Positions 1-8,713 of a stretch of DNA of 32,910 nucleotides are shown here, one piece after another. Position numbers and translations under genes: made by a program. How positions within the stretch are numbered: position 1 is the stretch's first letter; the number at the start of each line of letters is the position of its first letter. The stretch spans positions 1 to 32,910 of the forward strand of contig JAGASC010000198.1 in the NCBI GenBank assembly GCA_017621905.1, written 5' to 3'. Below the pieces are notes generated by a model. The model had not been told where the DNA came from and ran no database searches. It worked only from the letters and a program-made list of their open reading frames with translations. The stretch is from Roseburia sp. Its GTDB lineage: Bacteria > Bacillota > Clostridia > Lachnospirales > Lachnospiraceae.

Positions 1-87
1 AATCGGAGGATCTGCTCCGCCAATGGTGGTCTTCCCCCTATGCTAAAACGAAGACGGTATTATGAGGCTTTGAAATTGTCAGCATAG
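1..87 (+). CDS. IS3-family transposase, C-terminal end (partial, runs in from the left edge)
   Basis: Frame 1 reads NRRICSANGGLPPMLKRRRYYEALKLSA*, resembling the 'N-x-x-R...G..P' tail of clostridial IS3/IS150 OrfB. Not in the ORF track. Confidence 0.75.
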   Translation, partial: NRRICSANGGLPPMLKRRRYYEALKLSA

Positions 88-135
88 TCAGTGATATCTT
101 TGAGAAAAATGTGTCAACTAATATTGACAATATCA
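1..135 (+). mobile_element. Right end of an IS3-family insertion sequence
   Basis: The transposase stop at 87 is followed by GTGTCAACTAATATTGACAATATCA ending in CA at 135 (IS3 ends are TG...CA). Relaxase-like sequence resumes right after. The left end is outside the window. Confidence 0.6.
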
Positions 136-792
136 TCAGCAGAAAAGGACAACCAATCTGTCAATCAATTCCATTCCGTTCCTGTCCATTCCCCACAGCC
201 GCCCACGCTCCTTGAACTGCTGAATACCGCCATACAACAGGCAGGACAGCCCAACAGCCGCTACGGGAAGATAAAAGACCTAACGAGTTTTGCAAAGGCG
301 GTCAGCTTCTTGCAGGGCAACAACATTTCCACCCTGTCCGAATTGCAGGAAACGCTAACGAAAATGAAAAAGCGGTACTGGAATACCAACAGCGAGATAA
401 AGCAGACGGAAAAGCTAATCCATGAGCGGAAAGAACTGATAGACCAAGCGGAAAATTATCTGCAATACCGAGATTACCACAAGGCATACAAGCAGACCAA
501 GCCGAAAAAGCAGGAGGATTATGCGGAACGCTACCGCACCGAACTTGCACTGTATGACCGAGCGGAACGGTATCTGAAAGAGCATTTAGGGAGCGACACC
601 AAGCTAAGACCGAAAGCATGGAAAGCCGAGGTTGCAGACCTAACCGCACAGAAAGACCGCCTATATCGGGAAATGCGAAGTCTGAAAGAGGAAGTTGCTG
701 AAGCTGAAACCGTCAAGCGTTGTGTAGAACAGGCGATACCGCCGACAGAACAGAGAAAGGAGAAGTCAAAAACGCATGATGTGTCATTGTGA
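136..792 (+). pseudogene. C-terminal helical part of a MobA/MobL-type relaxase, interrupted by the IS
   Basis: AKAVSFLQGNNISTLSELQ...RTELALYDRAERYLK...KAWKAE...LYREMRSLKEEV resembles Lachnospiraceae mobilization-protein C-termini. No relaxase motifs are present. The track's GTG start at 91 lies inside the IS end. Confidence 0.6.
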
Positions 793-815
793 TCCAGTCG
801 GTTGTGTGGTATAAT
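787..815 (+). promoter_or_regulatory. Sigma70-type promoter upstream of the GNAT gene / cassette region
   Basis: TTGTGA (787-792), 17 bp, TATAAT (810-815), with extended -10 TG at 807-808. Confidence 0.6.
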
Positions 816-867
816 TTCAATGTCGTTGACAGCGACAAATCGGGAATTTGAAAAGGAGCTGAGATAA

Positions 868-1401
868 ATGGAATATTTATTAAGGAATGGAAAAAAGGTT
901 ACCATTCGAAAACCGAAGACAGAGGATGCGAAAGCTATTATTAATGTTATGACTATTGCAGATACCGAGACTTTATTTTTGGCAAGAGATCCGGGCGAGT
1001 TTTGTACATCAGTTGAACAAGAAAAGCAAATAATAGAAAATGTGCTTGCAGATAATGGTGTTGAATGGTTTGTTGCAGAATATGAAAATAAAGTAATTGG
1101 CCAATGTTCAGTTGGTCTAATCAAAAGAAATGCAAGATATCGTCATAGGGCAGAAGTCGCTTTTGTAATTTTGAAAGATTATTGTAATCTTGGAATTGGT
1201 GGAAAAATGATGGAAGAATGCATAAAATGGTGCAAAAAAGCGGGTGTTGTGCAAATAGAGTTAGATGTTGTAAAAAATAATGAGAAAGCACTAAAAATGT
1301 ACCGAGATTTTGGCTTTGAAATCATTGGTACAAGAGAAAATGCTTTATGTTATCAAAATGGAACATACGCTGATGAATATTTGATGGTAAAGAAATTGTA
1401 A
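868..1401 (+). CDS. GNAT-family N-acetyltransferase
   Basis: Acetyl-CoA motif YCNLGIGGKMM and 'V..NN.KALKMY..FGF'; RBS AAGGAG upstream; very AT-rich. Confidence 0.9.
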   Translation: MEYLLRNGKKVTIRKPKTEDAKAIINVMTIADTETLFLARDPGEFCTSVEQEKQIIENVLADNGVEWFVAEYENKVIGQCSVGLIKRNARYRHRAEVAFVILKDYCNLGIGGKMMEECIKWCKKAGVVQIELDVVKNNEKALKMYRDFGFEIIGTRENALCYQNGTYADEYLMVKKL

Positions 1402-1431
1402 ACTTCTTATTTAATGAATAAGTGCAAATAA

Positions 1432-1583
1432 CTGGAGAGTCAAAAGTTCTCAAAGAAGTAATAAATAATTCTATTTATTCCTATGTTTTGTACGTTTAAA
1501 AATATTTTCAGTACAAAAATAGTATTATTTCAAACAAAAATTGTTAAAATATAATTTACAGAATAGAACTTTTGACTCTCCAG
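1432..1583. mobile_element. 152-bp MITE
   Basis: Perfect 19-bp terminal inverted repeats CTGGAGAGTCAAAAGTTCT (1432-1450, 1565-1583). 7-bp direct repeat CAAATAA on both flanks (1425-1431, 1584-1590). Non-coding AT-rich interior. Confidence 0.85.
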
Positions 1584-1676
1584 CAAATAAAGAAAAATCG
1601 GGATTTGAAAGTGAATTGCTCAAACTTTCCCTATTTTTAAGGCTTTGTAGTACCTAGAATCTTACGTTATGTATCA

Positions 1677-1719
1677 TTTTCCCTTGTTTTTGCCCTTGCT
1701 GGGTATTTACAAGGGAAAA
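1677..1719. repeat. Putative integrase arm-type sites, left end
   Basis: TTTTCCCTTG (1677-1686) and TTTGCCCTTG (1689-1698) at a 12-bp period, plus inverted CAAGGGAAAA (1710-1719). Confidence 0.6.
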
Positions 1720-1734
1720 CTCTTTTGCGGATTG

Positions 1735-3029
1735 TTAATCACTAACCACTACCTTATCAAGAAGTTTAGCGGAATTACGCTTTGCCTCCCTGTCGGCATG
1801 GGCATATACATTCATGGTAATACTAATATCAGAATGTCCTAACAGTTCCTGCACATCTTTCGGCTGTGCCCCATTAGCAAGCAGGTTGGAAGTATAGGTA
1901 TGCCTAAGCGTATGAAAGTGGAAATTTTCAAATCCCGGCAGGCGGTCTTTTATCGTCCTGCAGACAATACCCAGCGTGCTTGGGGATTCGTATGTCCCAT
2001 CCGGTCTTAAACATACAAGAGAAATCTCGGTGTAATCTTCGGGTAATTCTGCTGTTCCGTCTAAATGGTACAGTTCATAATATACCCTGTTCTTTTCTGT
2101 CACTTCCTTGTAATAGTTCAGATGGTAAAGCTGCCCATACTGTAAACGCTGTCGGTGCTGTTCCTTTTTGGCTTTCCTTAAAATTCTGGTAAGGGTATCG
2201 CCAAAATCGACAGTTCTTACCTTTTTCCGTTTAGTCGGTCCAATTCCATCTTGTGTCTTGCACCATTGTACCGGACACTTCTCCGCACCGTAAGGTATTG
2301 TTCCTCAAGATTGATGTCCTGCCATGTCAGACCACATATTTCGCCAAGCCTGAGACCTGTAAAATAGGCTATCTGCATTGGCAGAATAGCTGGCCTATTC
2401 TTTTTTTCCAGATAAGCAATCAATTCTTGATACTGCCGGAATGTCAGAGGGGTGGTTTCAGAATCTATTCCCTCCTTGTCTGTGAATAAGTCAACATTTT
2501 CAGATTTTTTCCTTAACACCACATACTGCATGGGATTAAAAGTAATATACTTCTTGGGAAAGACTGCAAATCGGAAAGACTGCTGTAATACAGCCGAAAA
2601 AGAATGAATGTAATCTTTGCTGTACCCTTTTGAAGTAAATTCTCCGGCAGTGCCTCCAAATGTGAGAAGGTCCAAAAACTGTTGCAAATGCTCGGATGTA
2701 ACCGATTTCAGTTTTCGGTTGCTGATAGGATGCTGTTTTATTCTGTTAATCGTGAGAAGATAATTTTCAACCGTTCCGTTACTCAATGTTCCGGTTTTTA
2801 GTTCTTCCTCTGCCCAGATGTCAAGAAGTGTTCCCAGCGTGATATTCTCCGTTTTTGCCACAAACTTCTTTTCCTCATAATCCTCCATTGCCTTGCGGAG
2901 AAGTTTCTCCGTTTCGCTCTTGCTCTCTGTTCCTGCGTACTCCTTCTGTACCAGATTTCCGCTCTCATTCTCCACATAAAAGCGGTAGTACCATTTCTTT
3001 CCTTTTTTTCTTACAGAACCTTTTGCCAT
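1735..3029 (-). pseudogene. int: Tyrosine recombinase/integrase with a single 1-nt frameshift
   Basis: ATG at 3029 (MAKGSVRKKGKKWYYRF) with RBS AAGGAG. Catalytic motifs TGLRLGE, HTLRH, LLGH and NVYAH are split over two frames. Adding one A at ~2244 gives continuous MEIGPTKRKKVRTVDFG...KEVTEKNRVYYE. Confidence 0.85.
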
Positions 3030-3051
3030 AATAAAATCTCCTTTCCTGACT

Positions 3052-3187
3052 GGCAATCGGAACTGAAAAGATATGCTTGTTTTCGCGAAAGCAACGAGCC
3101 AAATCCAAGCTTGCTTGCATTTGGCGACTGCCCGCGATTGCTCATTTATGAGCATATGCGTGTAGGCATATCAAAACTCCGGCTGCC
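3052..3187 (-). ncRNA. Candidate structured cis-RNA/ssDNA element between xre and int
   Basis: Nested pairings GGCAGCCGGA/TCCGATTGCC, GATATGC/GCATATC, TGCTCAT/ATGAGCA, TCGCG/CGCGA and GCCAAAT/ATTTGGC. The structure closes 8 nt before the int RBS and shares 24/26 nt with 4348-4373. Confidence 0.55.
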
Positions 3188-3190
3188 CTG

Positions 3191-3805
3191 TTACAAAGAA
3201 TGTTCACTCAGAAGATTTTTCAGCCTTGTCCTCGCAAGCTCCGGCTGTTTGACATACACCCTCACAATGTCGCTGATTTCACTCGTGCTGTTGATAAAAC
3301 GCATAACCTCCCGAAGAAACATGACGTTGTTAAACTCCTGCTCGGATTCAAAACCCATGACCTTTGACATTGCCTCGTTGAAATCCCCGCTCTTACCATA
3401 CTCTTTGCTCGCATGGGTAAAAGACTGGTTAAACATCCGGTACTCATAAAGGAATAAAAGCAGCAAATCCTTTGAGAAATCACTTTCTGCCTCTGTCATG
3501 TCAAGTGGAAAATCGCCCATTATCCGGCTTATGGCGGATTCAATCTTAAAATCCCGGCTGTCCGACATATCCGCCCCCATATCCTCCGTTTCGCCCCGGA
3601 GCCATGCCGCTGATACATGAAGTGCATCCGCTAATCCCTCAACAATCAGTTTCTTTGTGTTGTCAATGCTCCCATTTTCATACCGTTGGACGGTGGTCTT
3701 GTTCACATCCATCTGCCCGGCTACATACTGGAGAGGGAGTTTCAGCGACTTGCGGCGTTGTTTCGCCCGTTCACCGATAATCCTGCGAAGTTCTTTCTTC
3801 TCCAT
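3191..3805 (-). CDS. XRE-family HTH transcriptional repressor
   Basis: Likely ATG at 3805 after AAGGAGG. HTH segment LQYVAGQMDVNKTTVQRYENG...LADALHVSAAWLRG. Divergent from xis. Confidence 0.85.
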   Translation of the reverse strand: MEKKELRRIIGERAKQRRKSLKLPLQYVAGQMDVNKTTVQRYENGSIDNTKKLIVEGLADALHVSAAWLRGETEDMGADMSDSRDFKIESAISRIMGDFPLDMTEAESDFSKDLLLLFLYEYRMFNQSFTHASKEYGKSGDFNEAMSKVMGFESEQEFNNVMFLREVMRFINSTSEISDIVRVYVKQPELARTRLKNLLSEHSL

Positions 3806-3905
3806 CGTGACCTCCTTGCACTGTGTCCCCCCCTGCTTATTATAAGCTGTTAAAAGGGGACATATCTCTTTGTTACATGACCATGATAACACATAAAAAC
3901 AGATA

Positions 3906-3996
3906 TTGCAATATGCAAAATGGAAACAACCGCAAAAGGACTTGACAAAACCGTCGTATTTATTTATCATGTATTTTACAGTGTTGCATAATGCAA
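3906..3996 (+). promoter_or_regulatory. xis promoter flanked by two palindromic operators
   Basis: TTGACA (3942-3947), 17 bp, TATCAT (3965-3970). TTGCA-N3-TGCAA palindromes at 3906-3918 and 3984-3996, inferred to be Xre operators. Confidence 0.65.
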
Positions 3997-4089
3997 TATT
4001 ATAAAACAACAGGAAAGGGGGGATACGGATATGAGCAGGAATGAAAATGCAGGAAAAACAAATTACCAGAAAAGAGGGAGGATATTTCT

Positions 4090-4308
4090 ATGGCAGAGGT
4101 TAAGATTGGAATGACAATAGAGGAAGCGTCTGAATATACGGGCATTGGCAGGAACACCATGCGGAAACTGGTGGAATGGGAAAAAATCCCGGTGCTGCGA
4201 ATTGGACGGAAAGCAATCATACGCAGGGATGTGCTGGAGAGGTTCATGGCAGCGAATGAGGGGCAAGACCTGCGGAACCGCCCGGAAGTGAAAACTGTCC
4301 GGACATGA
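4090..4308 (+). CDS. Excisionase-like HTH DNA-binding protein
   Basis: MTIEEASEYTGIGRNTMRKLV...IPVLRIGRKAII is typical of HTH_17/Xis; RBS GGAGG. Confidence 0.85.
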   Translation: MAEVKIGMTIEEASEYTGIGRNTMRKLVEWEKIPVLRIGRKAIIRRDVLERFMAANEGQDLRNRPEVKTVRT

Positions 4309-4339
4309 TAAGAGGCAGCCATAACGGCTGCCCCATTGG

Positions 4340-4403
4340 TAACCAGACCGGAGTCTTGATATACCTACACGCAAGATAAGTGTATCACAGACTTCTCTGG
4401 TTA
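4340..4403 (+). ncRNA. Second, shorter copy of the structured motif, downstream of xis
   Basis: Stems TAACCAGA/TCTGGTTA, GAGTCT/AGACTT and GATATAC/GTGTATC close the loop CTACACGCAAGATAA. Preceded by hairpin GGCAGCC/GGCTGCC (4314-4332). Confidence 0.55.
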
Positions 4404-4436
4404 TCAACCGGAATTTTTCTTTAGGCAGGGCAGGAA

Positions 4437-4555
4437 TGGTGTAGTTTTGGTGTAGCAATGGTGTAGATTTTTTCTACACCGCTCCTACATCATTTTTTGA
4501 AATCCTACACCATTCCTACATCATTTAGGGCAAAGCCTACATCAAAACTACACCA
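4437..4555. repeat. Nine-copy CTACAYCR iteron-like array
   Basis: TGGTGTAG at 4437, 4448 and 4459 (inverted). CTACAYCR at 4474/4485, 4505/4516 and 4537/4548. 11-bp period within groups. Confidence 0.85.
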
Positions 4556-4579
4556 TGACAGGGGAATCAATGGGAAAAG

Positions 4580-4721
4580 TGCCTGCACCTTTGCCTGCAC
4601 TCTGCCCGCACCAAAATTAGGGGAAACAGACAGGTGCTTGCACCTTTGCCAGTACTTATGGAGATTATGCAGTTACTTATGCCTGTACCTGTAGGCAGTA
4701 TGCTTACACCATGCCAGCACT
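4580..4721 (+). repeat. Second degenerate repeat family, TGCCTGCACY
   Basis: Copies near 4580, 4592, 4603, 4635, 4647, 4668, 4680, 4701 and 4712, mostly 11-12 bp apart within groups. Confidence 0.65.
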
Positions 4722-4879
4722 TGTGCATATCTGCCATATTTCATTCCGGTGGATATGTAGTTATAAGGTGCGGATTGTTTTGGAGATAGGTAAAAAGGCA
4801 GGGCAGCAGGTACAGATACAGCCGCAGGAACAATATACGCCCGCTTGGACAAGCCCCCGGCAGGTCTACGCTCCGCTTC

Positions 4880-4996
4880 GGTCGGTGCATAACAGACATT
4901 CCCCGAATGTCTTGCACCCTCGGAGAGCCCCCGCATTTTTGGCTTGACAAAAATGCTAGGGGGTTATCATTATCGGCAGAGCCGAAATGATAACCG
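4880..4996. promoter_or_regulatory. Candidate oriT / mob promoter region
   Basis: Hairpins GACATTC/GAATGTC, GCATTTTT/AAAAATGC and GGTTATCATT...AATGATAACC directly upstream of the relaxase; TTGACA at 4944. The nic site was not identified. Confidence 0.4.
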
Positions 4997-5118
4997 CAGC
5001 CCGCCACGTTCCCATCAGCCGAAAGAAAAACCGGAAACGTAAAATCATTGATAAAGAAACCAGCCGGACGGGGAATGACGAATAAGAAAAAATTTTCCCC
5101 GGCGGAGAGGAGGATGGG

Positions 5119-6726
5119 ATGGATGATGTATCATACAGTGCCCACATCAGCAATGGGAAAAGTGCCATCAACAGCAAAGGCAGGTTGTCGGGTGTGGCGA
5201 AACACAACCTGCGAAAATACCGTTCCAAAGAATATGACAGGGAGAACATTGTCCTGCTCTTTGGCAGTACAAACCTCCTGTGGGATGTGAAAAAAGTCTA
5301 TCAGGACACTTTTTCGGAAGCACTGGAGCAGTATAACCAAAAACAGACAAGGGCAGACCGACGGATTGACGATTATTTTGAACATCTGTCCGGCAAGAAC
5401 CAGGACATGGCAGTGGAGATTATTTTCCAGTGCGGGGATAAGGATTTCTGGGAAGATGTCTTTATGGAAACAGATAAGGAAAAGCAAAACAAAGAAAATA
5501 TCTGCAAGGTATATGACACCTTACTGGAGCAGTTACAGAAAGAAATGCCGGATTTCAAAGTTGCAAATGCGGTAGTCCACTTTGACGAAGCAAGCCCGCA
5601 TATGCACGTTGTAGGCGTTCCCATAGGCAGGGGATTTAAGCGCGGGCTGGAAACAAAGGTTTCCAAACGCTCTGTTTTCACTCCGAAAACGCTGGAGAAT
5701 ATTTTACAGAACAGCCTGCGTCAGACCGCAAGCGTAGAAATGCTTATCCACTTCGGAGTGCTTGTAAAAGATAAGCAGAAAGGGAAAAACCATGACCTGA
5801 CCGTTGCGGAATATAAGGTGCAGCAGGAAACGAAGCGGCTGGAAATGGTGGCGGGATTCCTTGAAGAAAAACAGGACAGGCTTTTTGATACCAGCCAACA
5901 TCTGGAACAGATTGAACAAGAGGTTTCAGCGGCAGAAAGACATTTGTCCGATACAAAGATGGAGATTGCCGGGGCAGAAAAAGATTTGGTACAGATAAAA
6001 ACAGAAAGCAGGGAAATGAAACAAAAACTGATGGCAGAACAGGAGGAAATACGGCAGGAAAATTTGTCCTTAAAAACAGATACGCTTATCCTTCATTCTG
6101 ATAAAGAGCGTCTTTTGCGTGATGTCAGGAAAGCAACAGATGAAAAGGAACAAATGCAGGCAAAAAAAGAGGGGCTTTTAGAGGATATCGGTGTGCTGGA
6201 TAAAGAGTTTGAAAAGCGTCTGGATTTCATCAACGTACTGGATAAACTCAAAGCACTCTTTTATAAGCTGTTATCCATGATTCCGCTGGTGCGGGAGTTT
6301 GCAAAGTTTGTAGAAGAAAAAAAGGATATACGGGCCGCCTCCCCTTATGGCTATACCCCTCTCGGCAGGCTGTTAAGGGAGTACCGTACCTCTCTCCCTC
6401 AGCATGACAGGCTTGTCACGTTCCCGGAGATTGCCTCGTGGCAGACTTCCACAGGGGAAGTGGTTCCGGTGTATGAGGACTATAACGGACGGGGAACGGA
6501 GTACAGGCTGGCGGGATTCTGGAATGTGCAGAAGGAACAGGCTGTAAAGGTTTCTGAAATAAGAGAGGAAATCATGCCGGAGAACCGGATATGTACGTTA
6601 GAGCTGGCAGAGGTGTATGTAAAGGCGGTGGAGAGTTTCATGGAGGATATGGAACCGGAAGAACGTACAAGGGAGAACCGTCCTATGTATCAGAGACAAA
6701 ACGAGGAATATATACAGGGCAGATAA
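5119..6726 (+). CDS. MobV/Pre-family relaxase (plasmid recombination enzyme)
   Basis: N-terminal HNLR motif, AVVHFDEASPHMH motif III, long coiled coil; RBS GAGGAGG. Confidence 0.85.
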   Translation: MDDVSYSAHISNGKSAINSKGRLSGVAKHNLRKYRSKEYDRENIVLLFGSTNLLWDVKKVYQDTFSEALEQYNQKQTRADRRIDDYFEHLSGKNQDMAVEIIFQCGDKDFWEDVFMETDKEKQNKENICKVYDTLLEQLQKEMPDFKVANAVVHFDEASPHMHVVGVPIGRGFKRGLETKVSKRSVFTPKTLENILQNSLRQTASVEMLIHFGVLVKDKQKGKNHDLTVAEYKVQQETKRLEMVAGFLEEKQDRLFDTSQHLEQIEQEVSAAERHLSDTKMEIAGAEKDLVQIKTESREMKQKLMAEQEEIRQENLSLKTDTLILHSDKERLLRDVRKATDEKEQMQAKKEGLLEDIGVLDKEFEKRLDFINVLDKLKALFYKLLSMIPLVREFAKFVEEKKDIRAASPYGYTPLGRLLREYRTSLPQHDRLVTFPEIASWQTSTGEVVPVYEDYNGRGTEYRLAGFWNVQKEQAVKVSEIREEIMPENRICTLELAEVYVKAVESFMEDMEPEERTRENRPMYQRQNEEYIQGR

Positions 6727-6740
6727 ATAATTCCGTTGTT

Positions 6741-6772
6741 AAAAGGCATAGATGAAATATTCTATGCCTTTT
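6741..6772. terminator. Intrinsic terminator after mob
   Basis: AAAAGGCATAGA-loop-TCTATGCCTTTT. Confidence 0.7.
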
Positions 6773-6781
6773 GCAGTGCAA

Positions 6782-6837
6782 TTAACTTACAATTAACATA
6801 TATGCACTTTTAGAGTTAACATTGGGGACGGTATACT
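6782..6837 (+). promoter_or_regulatory. Pho-box-type promoter of pstS
   Basis: TTAAC(T/A) at 6782, 6793 and 6816 (11-bp repeat, like Gram-positive PhoP TT(A/T/C)ACA boxes); -10 TATACT at 6832-6837. Confidence 0.65.
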
Positions 6838-6872
6838 TGGTTCATACAAAAAAACAAAGGAGTGTGTTCAAT

Positions 6873-7724
6873 ATGAAAAAATTTATTATGATTGCAACCG
6901 TTTTTACACTTATGACAGGGGTATTGACAGGATGTAGCGGCAATGCTGGTTCGTCCACTGACAAAAGTACAGCAAATGAGACAACTAAGAGTTCACAAAC
7001 AATAGCCACCGACGGTTCCACTTCAATGGAGAAAGTCATTGGATTTTTGAGTGAAGCCTATATGGAGGAACATGGAAATATAAAGGTTACATACAATCCA
7101 ACGGGTTCTAGTTCCGGTATACAGGCAGTAGCGGAAGGAAGATGTGATATCGGACTGGCAAGTCGTGACCTGAAGGAAGATGAAACAGCAGATTTACAGG
7201 GAACGGTAGTTGCCATTGATGGAATCGGAATCATAGTCAATCCTGATAATCCGGCAACAGATTTAACAATTGATCAGATAGGGAAGATTTACAGTGGTGA
7301 GATTACCAACTGGAAAGAGGTTGGCGGCAGCGACGCACCGATTGTCTGTATTGGGCGTGAGGCGGCTTCCGGCACAAGAGACGGTTTTGAGGAAGTGACA
7401 GGCACAAAGGATAAATGCAAGTATTCACAGGAACTTACGTCTACGGGCGATGTCGTGCAGACGGTATCCGGCAATCCAAATGCCATTGGCTATGCATCGG
7501 TTGCCTCGGTTGGTGATACGGTAAAGATGGTCAGCGTGGAAGGGGTAAGCCCGACAACAGAAAGTATTCAGGATGGGAAATACAAAGTCCAGAGAAACTT
7601 CGTGCTGGTCACAAAAAAGGACACTGCTCTTTCTAAAGCTGCACAGGAGTTTTTCGACTTCGCTACCAGCGAACAGGCAGACAGCCTTATTACAGAGGCA
7701 GGTGCTGTTCCTGTCAAACGGTAA
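6873..7724 (+). CDS. pstS: Phosphate ABC transporter substrate-binding lipoprotein
   Basis: ATG at 6873 after AAGGAG. Lipobox LTGC; motifs DGSTS, GSSSG, SGTRDGF and NAIGY. Confidence 0.95.
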   Translation: MKKFIMIATVFTLMTGVLTGCSGNAGSSTDKSTANETTKSSQTIATDGSTSMEKVIGFLSEAYMEEHGNIKVTYNPTGSSSGIQAVAEGRCDIGLASRDLKEDETADLQGTVVAIDGIGIIVNPDNPATDLTIDQIGKIYSGEITNWKEVGGSDAPIVCIGREAASGTRDGFEEVTGTKDKCKYSQELTSTGDVVQTVSGNPNAIGYASVASVGDTVKMVSVEGVSPTTESIQDGKYKVQRNFVLVTKKDTALSKAAQEFFDFATSEQADSLITEAGAVPVKR

Positions 7725-7741
7725 TTACAGGAGGGGCTGTT

Positions 7742-8614
7742 ATGGAAAAGATAAAAAAGACAGCAAGGTGGATGGAAAGGGCAATGAACCTGTTGTTTTT
7801 GGTATGCGGTCTGCTGACGATACTGTTTGTCGTCCTAATTACTATATTTCTCTTGATAAGCGGCATTCCGGCAATACGGGATATCGGTCTGGGAGATTTC
7901 CTGTTTGGGAAGGTCTGGGCATCTACTTCTGCAAAGCCTTCCTATGGAATCCTTCCCTTTATCCTGACATCCGTATACGGAACTCTGGGGGCAATCCTCA
8001 TAGGAGTTCCGATTGGACTGCTATGTGCTATTTTTCTGGCAAAGATGTCCCCAAAGAAAGTTAGCAGTGCAGTAAGGAATGTGGTAGATTTGCTTGCCGG
8101 AATCCCGTCTGTCGTTTATGGGCTGGTGGGAATGATCATCATTGTTCCATGCGTAAGGGAGATATTTCATCTCCCGGATGGTGCAAACCTCTTTTCGGCA
8201 ATTCTTGTCCTTGCTGTTATGATTCTGCCCTCTGTCATTTCCGTATCGGAAACGGCAATCGGGGCGGTGCCAAAGGAATATGAGGAGGCTTCCCTTGCTC
8301 TGGGGGCGACAAAGACGGAAACCGTATTTAAGGTGGTTGTGCCTGCCGCAAAAAGCGGCATTGTCACTGCGGTTGTATTAGGCATTGGCAGGGCAGTCGG
8401 GGAAGCGATGGCGGTTATGATGGTAGCGGGAAATGTTGCCAATATGCCGAAACTGTTTGGCAGCGTCCGGTTTCTGACTACTGCTGTTGCCAGTGAAATG
8501 TCCTATTCTTCCGGCTTACAGAGACAGGCATTATATTCCATCGCACTGGTGCTTTTTCTGTTCATTATGGCAATTAACCTGATATTAAATGTAGTAATTA
8601 AAAAAAAGGTTTGA
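7742..8614 (+). CDS. pstC: Phosphate ABC transporter permease PstC
   Basis: LLAGIPSVVYGL, EASLALGAT and GRAVGEAMAV motifs. Confidence 0.95.
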   Translation: MEKIKKTARWMERAMNLLFLVCGLLTILFVVLITIFLLISGIPAIRDIGLGDFLFGKVWASTSAKPSYGILPFILTSVYGTLGAILIGVPIGLLCAIFLAKMSPKKVSSAVRNVVDLLAGIPSVVYGLVGMIIIVPCVREIFHLPDGANLFSAILVLAVMILPSVISVSETAIGAVPKEYEEASLALGATKTETVFKVVVPAAKSGIVTAVVLGIGRAVGEAMAVMMVAGNVANMPKLFGSVRFLTTAVASEMSYSSGLQRQALYSIALVLFLFIMAINLILNVVIKKKV

Positions 8615-8713
8615 AGTTCCACTATTGCATGAAAATACCATGCCAAGTGGAACTAAGGCAAACCTATCAAGAACGCAAAAACAGCGTTCTTGAGGAAAAT
8701 GGAGGAAATACAT

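Noticed and set aside
91-135. GTG start of the 233-aa ORF
   Set aside because: It lies in the IS end with no RBS; the ORF is a relaxase remnant.
2217-2235. Programmed -1 frameshift in int at GGAAAAAGG
   Set aside because: Not a canonical X XXY YYZ heptamer in frame; the integrase-like reading (IGPTKRK) is restored by an indel ~20 nt earlier.
3806-4009. N-terminal extension of xre (likewise for int, pstS, phoB, GH and vanW)
   Set aside because: Downstream starts have strong RBSs; the extensions cross promoters or upstream genes.
4437-4721. CRISPR array
   Set aside because: Units are 8-10 bp with short spacing and mixed orientation; no 30-40 bp spacers and no cas genes.
4497-5290. Small ORFs as Rep or accessory proteins
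   Set aside because: They are translations of repeats and hairpins, with no motifs or convincing RBS.
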